Below, in pieces: positions 32,619 to 42,413 of a stretch of 64,000 bases of DNA. Position numbers and translations under genes: made by a program. How positions within the stretch are numbered: position 1 is the first letter of the stretch; each line of letters opens with the position of its first letter. Source of the DNA: Candidatus Moraniibacteriota bacterium (GTDB lineage: Bacteria; Patescibacteriota; Minisyncoccia; Moranbacterales; UBA1568); contig JBBCGM010000002.1 in assembly GCA_037201605.1 (NCBI GenBank), positions 272,697 through 336,696 on the forward strand, read 5' to 3'. The notes under the pieces are model-generated. The model was not told the DNA's origin and did no database searches. It saw nothing but the letters and a program-made list of their open reading frames with translations.

Positions 32619-32963
32619 ATGACCCGAGTCAAGCGTGGCACCCAAACCAAAAAGCGCCACAAGAACATCCTCAAACAGGCCAAAGGCTTCCGTTGGGGCC
32701 GCAGCAACCTGTTCCGCAAGGCCAAAGAAGCCGTCATCAAGGCTGGCACCTACGCCCACCGCGACCGGCGCGCCAAGAAGCGTGATTTCCGCGCCCTGTG
32801 GATCACCCGCCTCAACAACGCCCTCCGGCTAAACGGCATGAAGTACAGCCAATTCATTGCGCTCGCCAGCCAAAAGAAAATCGGTCTCGACCGCAAGGTC
32901 CTTTCCCAGATGGCTGTCGAGAACCCGGAAGTCTTCAAAGCCTTTGTTGAGAAGGTCAAATAA
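32619..32963 (+). CDS. rplT: 50S ribosomal protein L20
   Basis: 114-aa ORF MTRVKRGTQTKKRHKNILKQAKGFRWGRSN..RALWITRLNNA.. Confidence 0.95.
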   Translation: MTRVKRGTQTKKRHKNILKQAKGFRWGRSNLFRKAKEAVIKAGTYAHRDRRAKKRDFRALWITRLNNALRLNGMKYSQFIALASQKKIGLDRKVLSQMAVENPEVFKAFVEKVK

Positions 32964-32985
32964 GTCTCCTCAGATATTCAAAAAT

Positions 32986-33011
32986 CCCGCCTCCAAAGGG
33001 CGGGTTTTTTA
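32986..33011 (+). terminator. Intrinsic terminator after rplT
   Basis: CCCGCC-tccaaa-GGGCGGG is followed by TTTTTT. Confidence 0.7.
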
Positions 33012-33035
33012 TTAGCACGGAGATTCTGTTTCGTT

Positions 33036-33428
33036 TCAATGGCGGCGGAAACGCGCAAGAGCCAGCGTGCCTGCGGCGAGCAGAATACCAAAGAGATCAA
33101 TCCCCACATCGCGCAGGCTCGCTCCCCGGTACGGGACGAAGAACTGATGGAGTTCGTCGGTGGCAGCGTAGGCAAGCGCGCAAACGACCGCCCCGATAAG
33201 AAGCCGCAACCGCCCTTCCTGAGGAGCCTGAGCGCGCAGGAAGGCGAAGATAAGCCAGGTGAGAATGAAGTATTCGACGACGTGCGCCCCTTTGCGCTCG
33301 AGCAGATAGGCAAGGCTCGTGTCTTGCGGCCAAGGACTGCCCGGCATGGCGGAAAAAGCGAAAATGACCGCGAGCCACAAGGCGAGCAGCCCAGCGAAAA
33401 AAAGGCCGCTCTCGTTTCGCGCGCTCTG
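33036..33428 (-). CDS. VanZ-like family membrane protein (frameshift in the homopolymer at 33397-33403)
   Basis: ORF 33036..33380 (..ATDELHQFFVPYRGASLRDVGIDL..). The N-terminus MNKTERAKRERPFF is restored by removing one base from the 7-nt run. Confidence 0.7.
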   Translation of the reverse strand, partial: QSARNESGLFFAGLLALWLAVIFAFSAMPGSPWPQDTSLAYLLERKGAHVVEYFILTWLIFAFLRAQAPQEGRLRLLIGAVVCALAYAATDELHQFFVPYRGASLRDVGIDLFGILLAAGTLALARFRRH

Positions 33429-33551
33429 TCTTATTCATGGGTTTTACGATGGTGGCCGACATCCTGAAGCAGGATGAAGAGTGCGTAGAAAGGCAGCCAT
33501 ATCCACAACGTTTTTTTGACGAACCCATCAATACGATCGTTTAGCAGCATA

Positions 33552-34257
33552 CTATTTGATTTCGTAGATAACGTCTTTCTTCTCGACAACGACCGGCCAG
33601 CCATTCTCTTGGGCCACGGCGCGCAGATTCTGGTTGGGATTAAAAGCGATCGGGTTTTCGACAAGCTCGAGGAAGCCGATGTCGCTCTCCGTATCGCCGA
33701 TACCGTAGGAATGTTCGAGGCTCAGGCCATGCCGGCCGATGTAGTCGCTTACCACCCGTCCCTTATCCCGAGAGGGTTCAAAAGTGGCCTCGCCCGTATA
33801 CTTTCCGTCCGTATCCAAAGCATACACACTCCCGAACACTTCGTCGAACCCGAGGTAGTGATTGTTGTATTCCTCGACGATCTCGAGCGGCGAGCCGGAA
33901 ATAACGATCATGCGATAGTGCTCTTCGCGTAAACGCTTGATGAGGTCTTCCGAGAAAATATAGGTGCGCTTGGCATGAAAGGGAATAACGTACTTGCTGG
34001 CTTTGAGCACCTCCTCGCGGGAATGGCCGCGGATGTATTCCGAATAGATGGTGACCAGTGCCTGACGGTACTCTTCGTACGTCCCCTCGTGCTCCAACCA
34101 GTGACTGTATACTTTGGTCAATTTGAGTGCGCGCCTCGAGCGGAAAGATCTTCAGCCACACGAGCTCGTTGATGAGCTCCGAAGTGCAGATTTCTTGCGG
34201 AAAATCGTACCGTCGATGTCGAAAATGGCAATTTTGTCTTTCTTTTTGGGCTGTCAT
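33552..34257 (-). CDS. HAD-IB family hydrolase, phosphoserine-phosphatase-like (N-terminal frameshifts)
   Basis: ORF 33552..34121 (..MIVISGSPLEIV..GIGDTESDIGFLE..). The N-terminal KIAIFDIDGTIFR (DxDGT motif I) is only readable after frame correction. The ATG at 34257 overlaps the upstream stop (ATGA). Confidence 0.8.
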
Positions 34258-34757
34258 GTTTCTTTTTCTTTCATTGTAGCGGTTATCTGATAGAGGGCAA
34301 CGCCGAGAGCGACCGAGACGTTGAGCGAGTTCTTCTCGCCGCGCATAGGGATTTCGAGGATGGCATCGCAGAGCGCAAGGAGGGTTTGCGGCACGCCCCT
34401 CCACTTCGCTTCCCTACCAAAAGCGCTTGGGACCGGGCGGGAGCGCTGTCCGATAGTCCCGGCTTCCTTCGGCCTGCTCGAGCGCCAGAATCTGAAAACC
34501 TTTGTGCTTGAGCTCCCTATCAAGGCCACCGGGTCCTCACGATACTCCCATGGAAGGCTCTCCTCAGCCCCAGAGCTGTTTTGGCAAGCGCTTTTTCGGC
34601 CTGGGTCCTCAAGTATTTTTTGGCAGCCTGGACGCGGCGTTGTACCCGGTAAGGAAGAGCCTCTGTGCTCCGGCACCGTCTGCGGTGCGGAAAAAAAGCG
34701 CCGACATTGTGGGCGCTTCGGATATCGTGCACGATTACCACCAGCTTCTTCCGCCAT
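34254..34757 (-). CDS. SpoU/TrmH-family RNA 2'-O-methyltransferase (several frameshifts)
   Basis: LVVIVHDIRSAHNVGA (motif 1, in ORF 34520..35122) and LEIPMRGEKNSLNVSVALGVALYQI (motif 3, in ORF 34254..34832). Confidence 0.75.
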   Translation of the reverse strand: MAEEAGGNRARYPKRPQCRRFFSAPQTVPEHRGSSLPGTTPRPGCQKILEDPGRKSACQNSSGAEESLPWEYREDPVALIGSSSTKVFRFWRSSRPKEAGTIGQRSRPVPSAFGREAKWRGVPQTLLALCDAILEIPMRGEKNSLNVSVALGVALYQITATMKEKET

Positions 34758-35769
34758 AGCGTGCAAATAATTCCTTGCCGGTTTCCCAGACATCCGGGCG
34801 TAGCCTGCTTCACTTTGAGCCAGTACCACCACTCTCCGCCCACAGGTAGAATATCCTGGAAGCCTACGCGCCTGGCATAATCAACATTTTCACGCAGCTT
34901 CTCACTGTCCATCGTACGCCACTGTTCTTCGAGGGGCACCGCCGCTACCCAGCCGCGGGCCCCACGGTTCGGCCCTGGAGCTCGATCACGAGAAAGTTCT
35001 CCTGATGCGTGAGCGCCCGCCGCCAGCCATTCCTTGGCCTTGAAGAAATTCGGTCCGATAGGATACGTCACGTAGCCCAGGCCGTCCTTGTAAATATGGC
35101 GATAAAGCGTCGTGCCGAACACGTCCCCGCGTGCAGTCCGCCCGGGAACCAGAGCGAGAGTTCGCCGCTATCGGTCACGATGACCGGACGCGTCGGGTCA
35201 AGCGCTTTGACGAGAGATATCTCGCTTTCCAAGAAGTTGACATCGAGTGGCGGGCATTCGCCGAACTGCGAAAGAAACGGTTCGTTCTCAACTTGCCAGA
35301 AGGCCACCGCCCCGTTGTCGCGATAGCGGCGCACGGTTTCATCCATAAAATCAAGCAAAGCGCCTTGGCGCATGGCCGTATCGCCCGCTGCCCAGGCCGG
35401 AATGTGGCACTCCGGCCAGCGCGGCACTCGCTGGCCTACGGTGAGTATAAGTCGGGCACCGCGTTTCTCGGCTTCGCGCGACTTGCCAATCGAGATCGCT
35501 GTAGTCGCGCTCTCCTCTCACTGGGTTCGATCAGATCCCAGTAGACCGGCAGACGCATTTCCTTGACGCCCATGTCATCGAGGAGCGCCGTATACGTCTC
35601 GCGCCAGTCCAGGCCGAGATCGGTCGCGTAGCGCTGAGAGAACGTCATCCCCAGCCGCACGTCCCTCGCGCGGCGCAGGGCCGGGCAAATTAAAGAAGAA
35701 AAAGACTATCCCGAGAAAAATAAGAAGGAAAAGGAGGGTCTTGCCGAAGAGAGAAAAGAAACGGCGCAT
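34735..35769 (-). CDS. Membrane-anchored putative glycoside hydrolase, TIM-barrel with an NEP motif (several frameshifts)
   Basis: N-terminal TM segment MRRFFSLFGKTLLFLLIFLGIVFFFF, then ..MRLPVYWDLIEP.., ..AFWQVENEPF.. and ..GGEWWYWLK.. spread over ORFs 35575..35826, 35436..35660, 35068..35427 and 34520..35122. Family assignment is tentative. Confidence 0.6.
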
Positions 35770-35867
35770 ACTATAGAAGCTAGAGGATAAAAAGCACGCC
35801 GGACCAAGCCGCAACGCCGAAAGCAAGGGCGATCATAGCGACCGCTGCAAGCTTTTGGAACCAGTCC

Positions 35868-36734
35868 CTAGAAATGAAGTTTTTCGGCATAGATTTTGGG
35901 GAATTTGAGCGCGAACGCGAGGGCGAGCACCATGACGAACACGTACTGAATGCCGTTTAGCGCTTGGACAAAGGCTGCGGAACCCTGGTCGATGGCATAG
36001 AGGAGAAGGAAGGTACCGCTCCCAGCAATAATCTTGTTGGTAACAAAGAGTGCAGCGGTCAAAGAACTACGCTTCTTGCGCACGATGTGCCAGCGCTTCT
36101 TGCGGTGCCAGCCCGCCGTGATCTGTTTGCGAAAAGGCAGATACAGAAGGAGGGAGAGGCCGCCGGCAAAAATACCGAGGCGCGACCAGATCAGCCCGTT
36201 CACGAACGTGGTTTCCGTATACGCGTATTTGAGAATAAGCACATAGAGTCCGATAGCGACACCCGAAAGGAAAACCGAGACCGGCAAATGATCCCCTTTC
36301 TTGAAAGGCAGGTCGTACGAGACTAGAATGCCGCCGATCACAAAGAGGGCGAGTGAGAGAAAAACGGGCAGCGTAGCAGTAAATTCCCCGAAGAGCTGGG
36401 GAAAGGACAGGCCGATGATGATGACGGTCACCGAGATAATGAGTCCCTGGAGCGGCGCGATGCGGGAGAGTTCGTAATCGCGCACGGCATAGTAGAAAGC
36501 GAGCAAGCCGTAGACGAACAAGACCCCGGCAAAGAGGAAGAGGAAAATAAGACGGAGCGGAGCGGCGCCAAAACCGAACGGCGAAAAGAAAAGCGAAAAG
36601 AGGCTGAACAGAGCTACGTAGAAGGCGTAGACGGCGGGCTCGGGTATGCGCTTGCCGGCAAGCAGATACTTATCCAGAAGCTGCGAAAAGCCCAAGCAGA
36701 AATAACCGAAGATGGCAGGGAGGATCCAATGCAT
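35868..36734 (-). CDS. Polytopic membrane protein, EamA/DMT-like
   Basis: ORF 35868..36869 with the likely start MHWILPAIFGYF at 36734. About 9-10 hydrophobic helices. Confidence 0.65.
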   Translation of the reverse strand: MHWILPAIFGYFCLGFSQLLDKYLLAGKRIPEPAVYAFYVALFSLFSLFFSPFGFGAAPLRLIFLFLFAGVLFVYGLLAFYYAVRDYELSRIAPLQGLIISVTVIIIGLSFPQLFGEFTATLPVFLSLALFVIGGILVSYDLPFKKGDHLPVSVFLSGVAIGLYVLILKYAYTETTFVNGLIWSRLGIFAGGLSLLLYLPFRKQITAGWHRKKRWHIVRKKRSSLTAALFVTNKIIAGSGTFLLLYAIDQGSAAFVQALNGIQYVFVMVLALAFALKFPKIYAEKLHF

Positions 36735-36817
36735 AGACTTTCTCCAGTATATCAGAGCCCCAAAGAAAAAGCGCCTCTCGAGGAGAGACGCCCACGGTCG
36801 GTTTCTTGTTCTGTTCG

Positions 36818-37690
36818 TTACTCCTGGTAGGTAATCTGCGAATAGTACTGATGTACATCGCTCACCCACTTCTGGACGCTTGAGGGGCTGTGCGTTGCGC
36901 AGCTAGAGCCGCATTTCCACGCCACCACCAGCCGCGAGGGCTCGCTCTTTCCCTCTCGTTTGTCGACCATCTCTTCCAGGCGCGTTCCAATAGCTTCAAC
37001 GCCCTCTTCGGGAGAAGCGAAGCAGCCATAGCCCATAGACGTACCGCGGGATCCGGCGCCCTTGTAGCCCCAATAGTTGTAACAGTCTTCGCCATTCTTG
37101 GTCGGGACGTGTTCTCCCCAGCTGGATTCTTTTTTCGCGATTCCCACCAGCAGGCCGGCAATGTCGGCATCATAATGGCTAATAGCAGGAACCATCGCAG
37201 CAATCGGTGCGTCTCCTACGATACCGGAAATTTTTTGGGAAAGCTTTTGAGTATTGTCGGCTGGAGTGGCTTCGGCATCCGAATGCACCAAAAGCGCACG
37301 CTTGGCAGCGCTACAGGGGTCTTCTTTTTCTTGGCGCAGAGCGGGAGTATCGGAAGAAGGCTCTTTGGCGAGCAGTTTCTCTTCCTTGGTCTCGGTCTGC
37401 TGGATACGGCAGCTGGCCTCTGCCCGATCGGTAAGGAGCTCTGCAGTATTATCGGACGGCACCGCCGCTTCGGCTGCAAGTATGCGGTCTGCTTCGGAAG
37501 CACCAAGTTCGCCCGCATCGCCCGGAGGCAGAAGCGGCATGGTGGTCGCAAGACCAATAGAAAAAAGTGCGAAGGCGGAAAAACATTTCTCCTTCGTACC
37601 AGTAAGTAGGGCCGGGAACGGCCGAATGTCTTTGAGGTCCCCGAAGAGCCGGCCGAAGCCAGCTGCTTTCAAAGGATCGGAAAAACGCAT
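36818..37690 (-). CDS. Secreted or membrane-anchored hypothetical protein with a Cys-containing C-terminal domain (paralog 1)
   Basis: ORF 36818..37723. The start MRFSDPLK at 37690 is preceded by AGGAG. The C-terminal domain reads GIAKKESSWG..CYNYWGYKG..CF..WKCGSSC..VQKWVSDVHQYY. Confidence 0.65.
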   Translation of the reverse strand: MRFSDPLKAAGFGRLFGDLKDIRPFPALLTGTKEKCFSAFALFSIGLATTMPLLPPGDAGELGASEADRILAAEAAVPSDNTAELLTDRAEASCRIQQTETKEEKLLAKEPSSDTPALRQEKEDPCSAAKRALLVHSDAEATPADNTQKLSQKISGIVGDAPIAAMVPAISHYDADIAGLLVGIAKKESSWGEHVPTKNGEDCYNYWGYKGAGSRGTSMGYGCFASPEEGVEAIGTRLEEMVDKREGKSEPSRLVVAWKCGSSCATHSPSSVQKWVSDVHQYYSQITYQE

Positions 37691-37911
37691 AAATTGGCTG
37701 CTCCTGGTTTCAGAGATTCCCACCCTCCAGTCGAAATCAGTCGTGTCGTAAAACCGGTAACTCTCTTTTAGTACGCTTTACTCCCAAAGAATCTGAGGGG
37801 AAGGGAGCAAAAGCGCCTTATGGAGAAGTCCAGAACAGCGATTAAAATGAACGTTCTGCCACCATTTTCCAGGGCCCTCAATCCGCCGGAGGCGGCAAAA
37901 ACGCAAGGTGT

Positions 37912-37940
37912 AGAATAGCAAATCCCAGCCTTTCGGTCAA
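37912..37940 (-). promoter_or_regulatory. Putative promoter for paralog 1, implying a 5' UTR of about 210 nt
   Basis: On the minus strand: TTGACC (37935-37940), a 17-nt spacer, then TATTCT (37912-37917). Confidence 0.4.
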
Positions 37941-37980
37941 GCAAAAAATGTCTAAAATTGCTAATTTTTGCCTTAAATAA

Positions 37981-38021
37981 AGCAAAAAGAGGGTTTTCCC
38001 CAACAGGGAAAAATCCTCTTT
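37981..38021 (-). terminator. Intrinsic terminator after paralog 2
   Basis: On the minus strand AAGAGGATTTTTCCC-tgtt-GGGGAAAACCCTCTT is followed by TTTTGC. Confidence 0.5.
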
Positions 38022-38046
38022 CGCTGCCAACAGAGATAATATGAGC

Positions 38047-39022
38047 CTAAAGCCCCTTTTCGTCTTCAGGAGTGGCCTCCATGGCCTCCGTATAGTAGTG
38101 ATCAACGTCGCTAATCCACTTCTGGACACTGGAGCGGTTATGCCCCTCGCAACTAAACCCGCACTTCCAGACCACGAGTTTTTCAGGGGTGTTAAGCTTC
38201 TCGGAATTGATAAGCTCGTCTAGGCGTTTAGCTACCGTATCTACCGCATCCTTACGGCTGTTAAAGCAGGTATGGCCGCCCGTACCCATAAGCCGTCGCT
38301 GGCCGCGGTAGCCCCAGTAATTAAAGCAGTCCTGGTCTTCAAGTACCGGCACCCGGAGTCCCCAGTTGCTCTCCTTTTTAGCGATACCGATAAGAAACGC
38401 GGCTACGATGCGATCCTGCTTGAAGATCTCAGGCAGCATGGCTTCGATCGGATAGCCCTTTACTATGGCGCGCACATTGGCTTCGTATTCGGAATCCGTC
38501 CCAACGCCGAAATATTCGAAAAAGATATCGCCGTTCTTATTATAGACAGGCGTTTCCGGAGAAGCGTCTGCATTTTCCATCTGCACTGCTGTCTCAGGCG
38601 TGGCACGCGCAAAAACACCGGGACCCAAGAAATGCTCAAGAGAGATCATGGTGAGCATGCCGAATGCCACTCCGCCCATGAGCGACCCATAGAGCATTTT
38701 GTGCGGAGCAAAATCCGGCGTCAGCCGACGCAGCAAGCGGCGCAGATAGCGAATATACAGCTCGGCCTTGCGGAAAAAAACGCCAAAACGTGTCGTACAC
38801 CGTCTCTTGTTTGAGACTTTCCAAAAAGGCGCGCTTCTCACGTCGCACGCCATCGAGGTGGCGCGGTGCGGCTGAAGAAGGGAGCGCGCTTGTCTTCGGC
38901 TCCGGGACCGAAGCGGAGAAGCGATTGGCTTGTGAGAAAGAGCCTCGTTTGGGTCGAATATCCATCGTGGGCCGCTTTGGCTGCCAAACAGGACGCTCTG
39001 GGGTAAAGGGTGAGGGATTCAT
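38047..39022 (-). CDS. Secreted or membrane-anchored hypothetical protein (paralog 2, one frameshift near 38775)
   Basis: ORF 38636..39022 (N-terminus) joins ORF 38047..38853. The C-terminal domain reads GIAKKESNWG..CFNYWGYRG..CF..WKCGFSC..VQKWISDVDHYY. Confidence 0.65.
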
Positions 39023-39058
39023 GCTGACAAAAATTTGATTTTTCTTTTGCGAAGCGAT

Positions 39059-39484
39059 CTATTGTGCGGGAGTGGCTTCATCACTACTTATACCGGCCCG
39101 CTCGGCAAAGAATTTTCGGGTGTCGGGCTCGCCCATCGTGCAGGTCTTGGCTTCTGCATCAAAGACAAAGGGTACGCCGATATTATTGGGGTCGATACCG
39201 CAGGTCTTGGCTCGTTCGGCCATTTCCTGACTGTTCTGGCGGTTGTGCCAGACTTCTTTCTTGGTGAACTGAACCTTGGAAGCGATATCGTTTTGCTCGA
39301 TGAACTCGTTGATAGCCTTGCAGTGGGGACATTCAGCGCCCCAGTAATAGATAATATTGGCATCCGGCCCTGCTGACGCGGCTTCTTGGGCGGTTTTTTT
39401 CTGTTCAAAAATACCCCAACCGACGAGTCCGGCAATGAGAAGAAGGGTCACTCCACCGACGATCCACAGCATCTTATTTTCCAT
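39059..39484 (-). CDS. Membrane-anchored thioredoxin-fold protein (CPHC active site)
   Basis: ORF 39059..39553 with the likely start MENKMLWIVGG (TM segment) at 39484. It contains YYWGAECPHCKAINEF. Confidence 0.7.
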   Translation of the reverse strand: MENKMLWIVGGVTLLLIAGLVGWGIFEQKKTAQEAASAGPDANIIYYWGAECPHCKAINEFIEQNDIASKVQFTKKEVWHNRQNSQEMAERAKTCGIDPNNIGVPFVFDAEAKTCTMGEPDTRKFFAERAGISSDEATPAQ

Positions 39485-39501
39485 ATATTTCAAAAGAAAA
39501 A

Positions 39502-40344
39502 TCACCTGAAATTCCCTGATAGTATAGCATATTGGCGTTTGCGCGCCCACCAAAAAAGAAGAACGCCAAGAACCAAAAACCCGAGTGAAAAAACCTGGCC
39601 CAGCGTGAGCGGCCAGCCAAAGAAGGAGAGAAAACCGATCTGCGGATCGGGCGTCCGAAAGTACTCAAGAAAGAAGCGAATACTCCCATACCCGATAAGA
39701 AAAAGGGCTGTAAACTCTCCCTGAAAACGTACTCGATGGCGCAGATACCAAAGTGCCGTAAAAAGAAGAAGGCCCTCCCCCAGCGCCTCGTACAACGTCG
39801 ATGGATGCCTGAGGGTACTCTCGCCTGGGAAACGCATGCCGAGAACCGCTGTCGTGGTGCGGCCATAGAGCTCTTGATTGAGAAAGTTCCCGATACGGCC
39901 GAAAAAAGAAATGCACGGCGCAGCAAGTACGGCGGCGTCAGTCAGCAGAAGAAAGGGCTGGTTTCGGGAGCGGGCAAAAAAGAAGAGGGCGAGGGCGGCC
40001 CCCAATACTCCGCCGTAGAAAGAAAACCCTGCGATGCCAATATACTCCCCCATGGCAAAAGGCAAGAGAATGGAAGCAGGATCGGCACGATACAGAGGCC
40101 AGTTATAGAAAAAGACGTACCCGAGGCGTGCTCCCAAAAGCGTTCCGAAAAAAAGAAAGAGAAGAAGATCCTCGAAATTTTTCTTCCCGAGAGTTTGCGG
40201 CAAGACTGTACAACGCTTCAGTACTATCACCGCTGCGACCGTGCCTAAGAGTGCGCAGAGCGCATACCATGAGAGAGCAAAAAACCCGGCGCGGAAAAGC
40301 ACCGGGTCAAGATGAAACGGAAACTGCTGCCAGAAGGAAAGCAT
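39502..40344 (-). CDS. lgt: Prolipoprotein diacylglyceryl transferase
   Basis: Intact 280-aa ORF with ..SFYGGVLG.., FFGRIGNFLNQELYGR and HPSTLYEAL. Confidence 0.9.
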   Translation of the reverse strand: MLSFWQQFPFHLDPVLFRAGFFALSWYALCALLGTVAAVIVLKRCTVLPQTLGKKNFEDLLLFLFFGTLLGARLGYVFFYNWPLYRADPASILLPFAMGEYIGIAGFSFYGGVLGAALALFFFARSRNQPFLLLTDAAVLAAPCISFFGRIGNFLNQELYGRTTTAVLGMRFPGESTLRHPSTLYEALGEGLLLFTALWYLRHRVRFQGEFTALFLIGYGSIRFFLEYFRTPDPQIGFLSFFGWPLTLGQVFSLGFLVLGVLLFWWARKRQYAILSGNFR

Positions 40345-40346
40345 GT

Positions 40347-41417
40347 CTAGACCTCCTCAGGCTGGTTGTATTCCTTGAGTTGGGAACGGAATTCGATCTG
40401 GTAAATCTGACCGAGCGCAAGAAAGAGCGAGACGACGATCGGGCCCATCACAAACCCCGGCAAGCCAAAGAGGTAAATACCTCCGATGGTTGCGAAAAAG
40501 ACCATGAGCGGATGCATGGCCGAGTCGCGGCCCACCAGCTTCGGCCGCAGAATATTGTCGATGGAGGAGATGACAAAGGTCCCGAAGACCAGCATGAAGA
40601 TCCCCTGCCACGCTTCGCCGAGGAGCAGCAGAATGATGGCGGCGGGAAGCCAGATGATACCGGTACCCACCATCGGGATGAGCGAGAAGAATGCCATGAT
40701 CACGCCCCAGATAACGGCACCCGGGATGCCGGCAATAGCAAAGGCGAGCCCTCCCAAAAAGCCCTGGATGACGCCCACCACCAGATTACCCTTGAGCGTT
40801 GCCCGACTGATGGAAACAAATTTCTCGACGAGGAGACGATCGTGCTCGTTTTTGAGAGGACTTATCTCCATAAGCGAGCGCAGGATGCGTTTGCCGTCTA
40901 TCAGGAAGTAGTAAAGGGTGAAAAAGAGAATAAACACCCAGAGTACGAAGGAGGAAATGCTCTGGTAGAGCTTTTGGAAAATCCCAAGCGCGTTCGAGGA
41001 AAGCTGCTGGATATCGTTTAAGAACTTCTCTTCGGAAAAGCTGTCACGGCGGATAATCTGCTTGAGAAGGGGCTTGTCTGCCACGGTCTCGTACGCTTTG
41101 TTGAGCATGTTTTCAATGCTGCCTTGGGTCTCGATGCTCTCATAGAGATTATCGACTTCGCCCAAAACCAGGGTCGCTACCACTGCTACCGGTGTGACCA
41201 CGATCACGATAGCCATGAGGCAAGTAAGCAGTGCAGAGACGGAGCGATGGCCGCGGAAGAGTTTCTCGAAAAAATGATACGGCCGCTTCATGAAGGTCGC
41301 GAGAATGGCCGCCACAATGATGGCCGTCAGGAAAGGCTTGAAGATAAAGAAGACCAGCACGCTGACGCCGATCAGGAGCGCAAAGAAGAAATAGACATTG
41401 AAAGATTTGAGTTGCAT
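40347..41417 (-). CDS. AI-2E family (PerM/UPF0118) transporter
   Basis: Intact 356-aa multi-TM ORF with ..LIPMVGTGIIWLPAAIILL.. and ..HPLMVFFATIGG.. Confidence 0.85.
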   Translation of the reverse strand: MQLKSFNVYFFFALLIGVSVLVFFIFKPFLTAIIVAAILATFMKRPYHFFEKLFRGHRSVSALLTCLMAIVIVVTPVAVVATLVLGEVDNLYESIETQGSIENMLNKAYETVADKPLLKQIIRRDSFSEEKFLNDIQQLSSNALGIFQKLYQSISSFVLWVFILFFTLYYFLIDGKRILRSLMEISPLKNEHDRLLVEKFVSISRATLKGNLVVGVIQGFLGGLAFAIAGIPGAVIWGVIMAFFSLIPMVGTGIIWLPAAIILLLLGEAWQGIFMLVFGTFVISSIDNILRPKLVGRDSAMHPLMVFFATIGGIYLFGLPGFVMGPIVVSLFLALGQIYQIEFRSQLKEYNQPEEV

Positions 41418-41435
41418 AGGTTGTAGGCGAAAGGC

Positions 41436-42413
41436 TTACTCTCTTCCCTTAGTATACCCTTTTACCGCCTCTTTCGGAAAGACAGGGAAAAGAGGCTTTC
41501 CCAGAAGAATCTGGGCATTCACCAGGAGGGTAGGCTTCTTATCGATAAAGAGTTTTCCGTGCGGTGGCCGGACGGCCAGATCCAGTCCGTAGCGCTCTTT
41601 GAACCACTGCTTGATGCCGGAGCGTGAATTGTAGCCTGGCGGCAGGAAAAAGGGCTGAAACGTCTTTTTAGCGGCCGAGAAATACTGGCGATGATTTTCA
41701 TGGAGAAACACAAAGGCTCGGGCTTCGGAAAGCGGGAAGGTGCTTTTCTTTTTCACAAGCGCCTGTTCCTGCTTGCCGCCCTCCCGAAAGTACGCGCAGC
41801 GGGTTCGGAGCATGCAGGCTCCGCACTTGGGCCGCGCGGTGCAAATACTTGAACCGAAATCCATGAGCGCCGCGTTGAGTTTCTTACGCGGGAGCGTCAG
41901 TTCTTTTTCAAACGCTTCTTCGTCAAAAGCCGCATTTTTGGAGCCGAAGAAAAAGCGGCCGAATACGCGCTTGAGGTTTGTATCCCAGGCCAGATGCTTA
42001 CGACCGTAGGCAAAGCTTGCAATGGCAGCCGCCGTATAGGGCCCCACGCCGGGAATCTTCCGCAAGGCTTCGGGGTCTTTTGGGAATATGCCCTGATACT
42101 CGTTTACGACCAGCTGCGCGGCCTTGAGCATATTGCGGCCGCGCGCATAGTAGCCCAGCCCTTGGTAGTACGGAAGAAATTCTTCCCAACTGGCTTTCGC
42201 AAGTCTTCCGACCGTAGGAAATTTTTTGAGAAACCTCTCATAGTACTCTATAACGCGCGAGACTTGCGTCTGTTGGAGCATAATTTCCGAGACCCACACT
42301 TCATACGCCGCCACCCCCTGTTTGCGCCACGGCAAATGCTCCCGCCCGGCTTTTTTGAGGAAGTCCGCGAGGCACGTCTCGAAAAAAAGAATTTTGCCTT
42401 TGTTTATGCGCAT
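41436..42413 (-). CDS. mutY: A/G-specific adenine DNA glycosylase (MutY)
   Basis: ORF 41436..42608 with the likely start MRINKGK at 42413. It contains YEVWVSEIMLQQTQV, an HhH-GPD motif (LRKIPGVGPYTAAAIASFAY) and an FeS cluster loop C..C..C..C. Confidence 0.85.
   Translation of the reverse strand: MRINKGKILFFETCLADFLKKAGREHLPWRKQGVAAYEVWVSEIMLQQTQVSRVIEYYERFLKKFPTVGRLAKASWEEFLPYYQGLGYYARGRNMLKAAQLVVNEYQGIFPKDPEALRKIPGVGPYTAAAIASFAYGRKHLAWDTNLKRVFGRFFFGSKNAAFDEEAFEKELTLPRKKLNAALMDFGSSICTARPKCGACMLRTRCAYFREGGKQEQALVKKKSTFPLSEARAFVFLHENHRQYFSAAKKTFQPFFLPPGYNSRSGIKQWFKERYGLDLAVRPPHGKLFIDKKPTLLVNAQILLGKPLFPVFPKEAVKGYTKGRE

Noticed and set aside
33431-33550. A 39-codon ORF (MLLNDRIDGFVKKTLWIWLPFYALFILLQDVGHHRKTHE) between the HAD hydrolase and vanZ genes
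   Set aside because: It is plausible as a small membrane peptide, but it is very short, has no RBS and lies in the indel-prone region. The evidence is not strong enough to list it as a feature.
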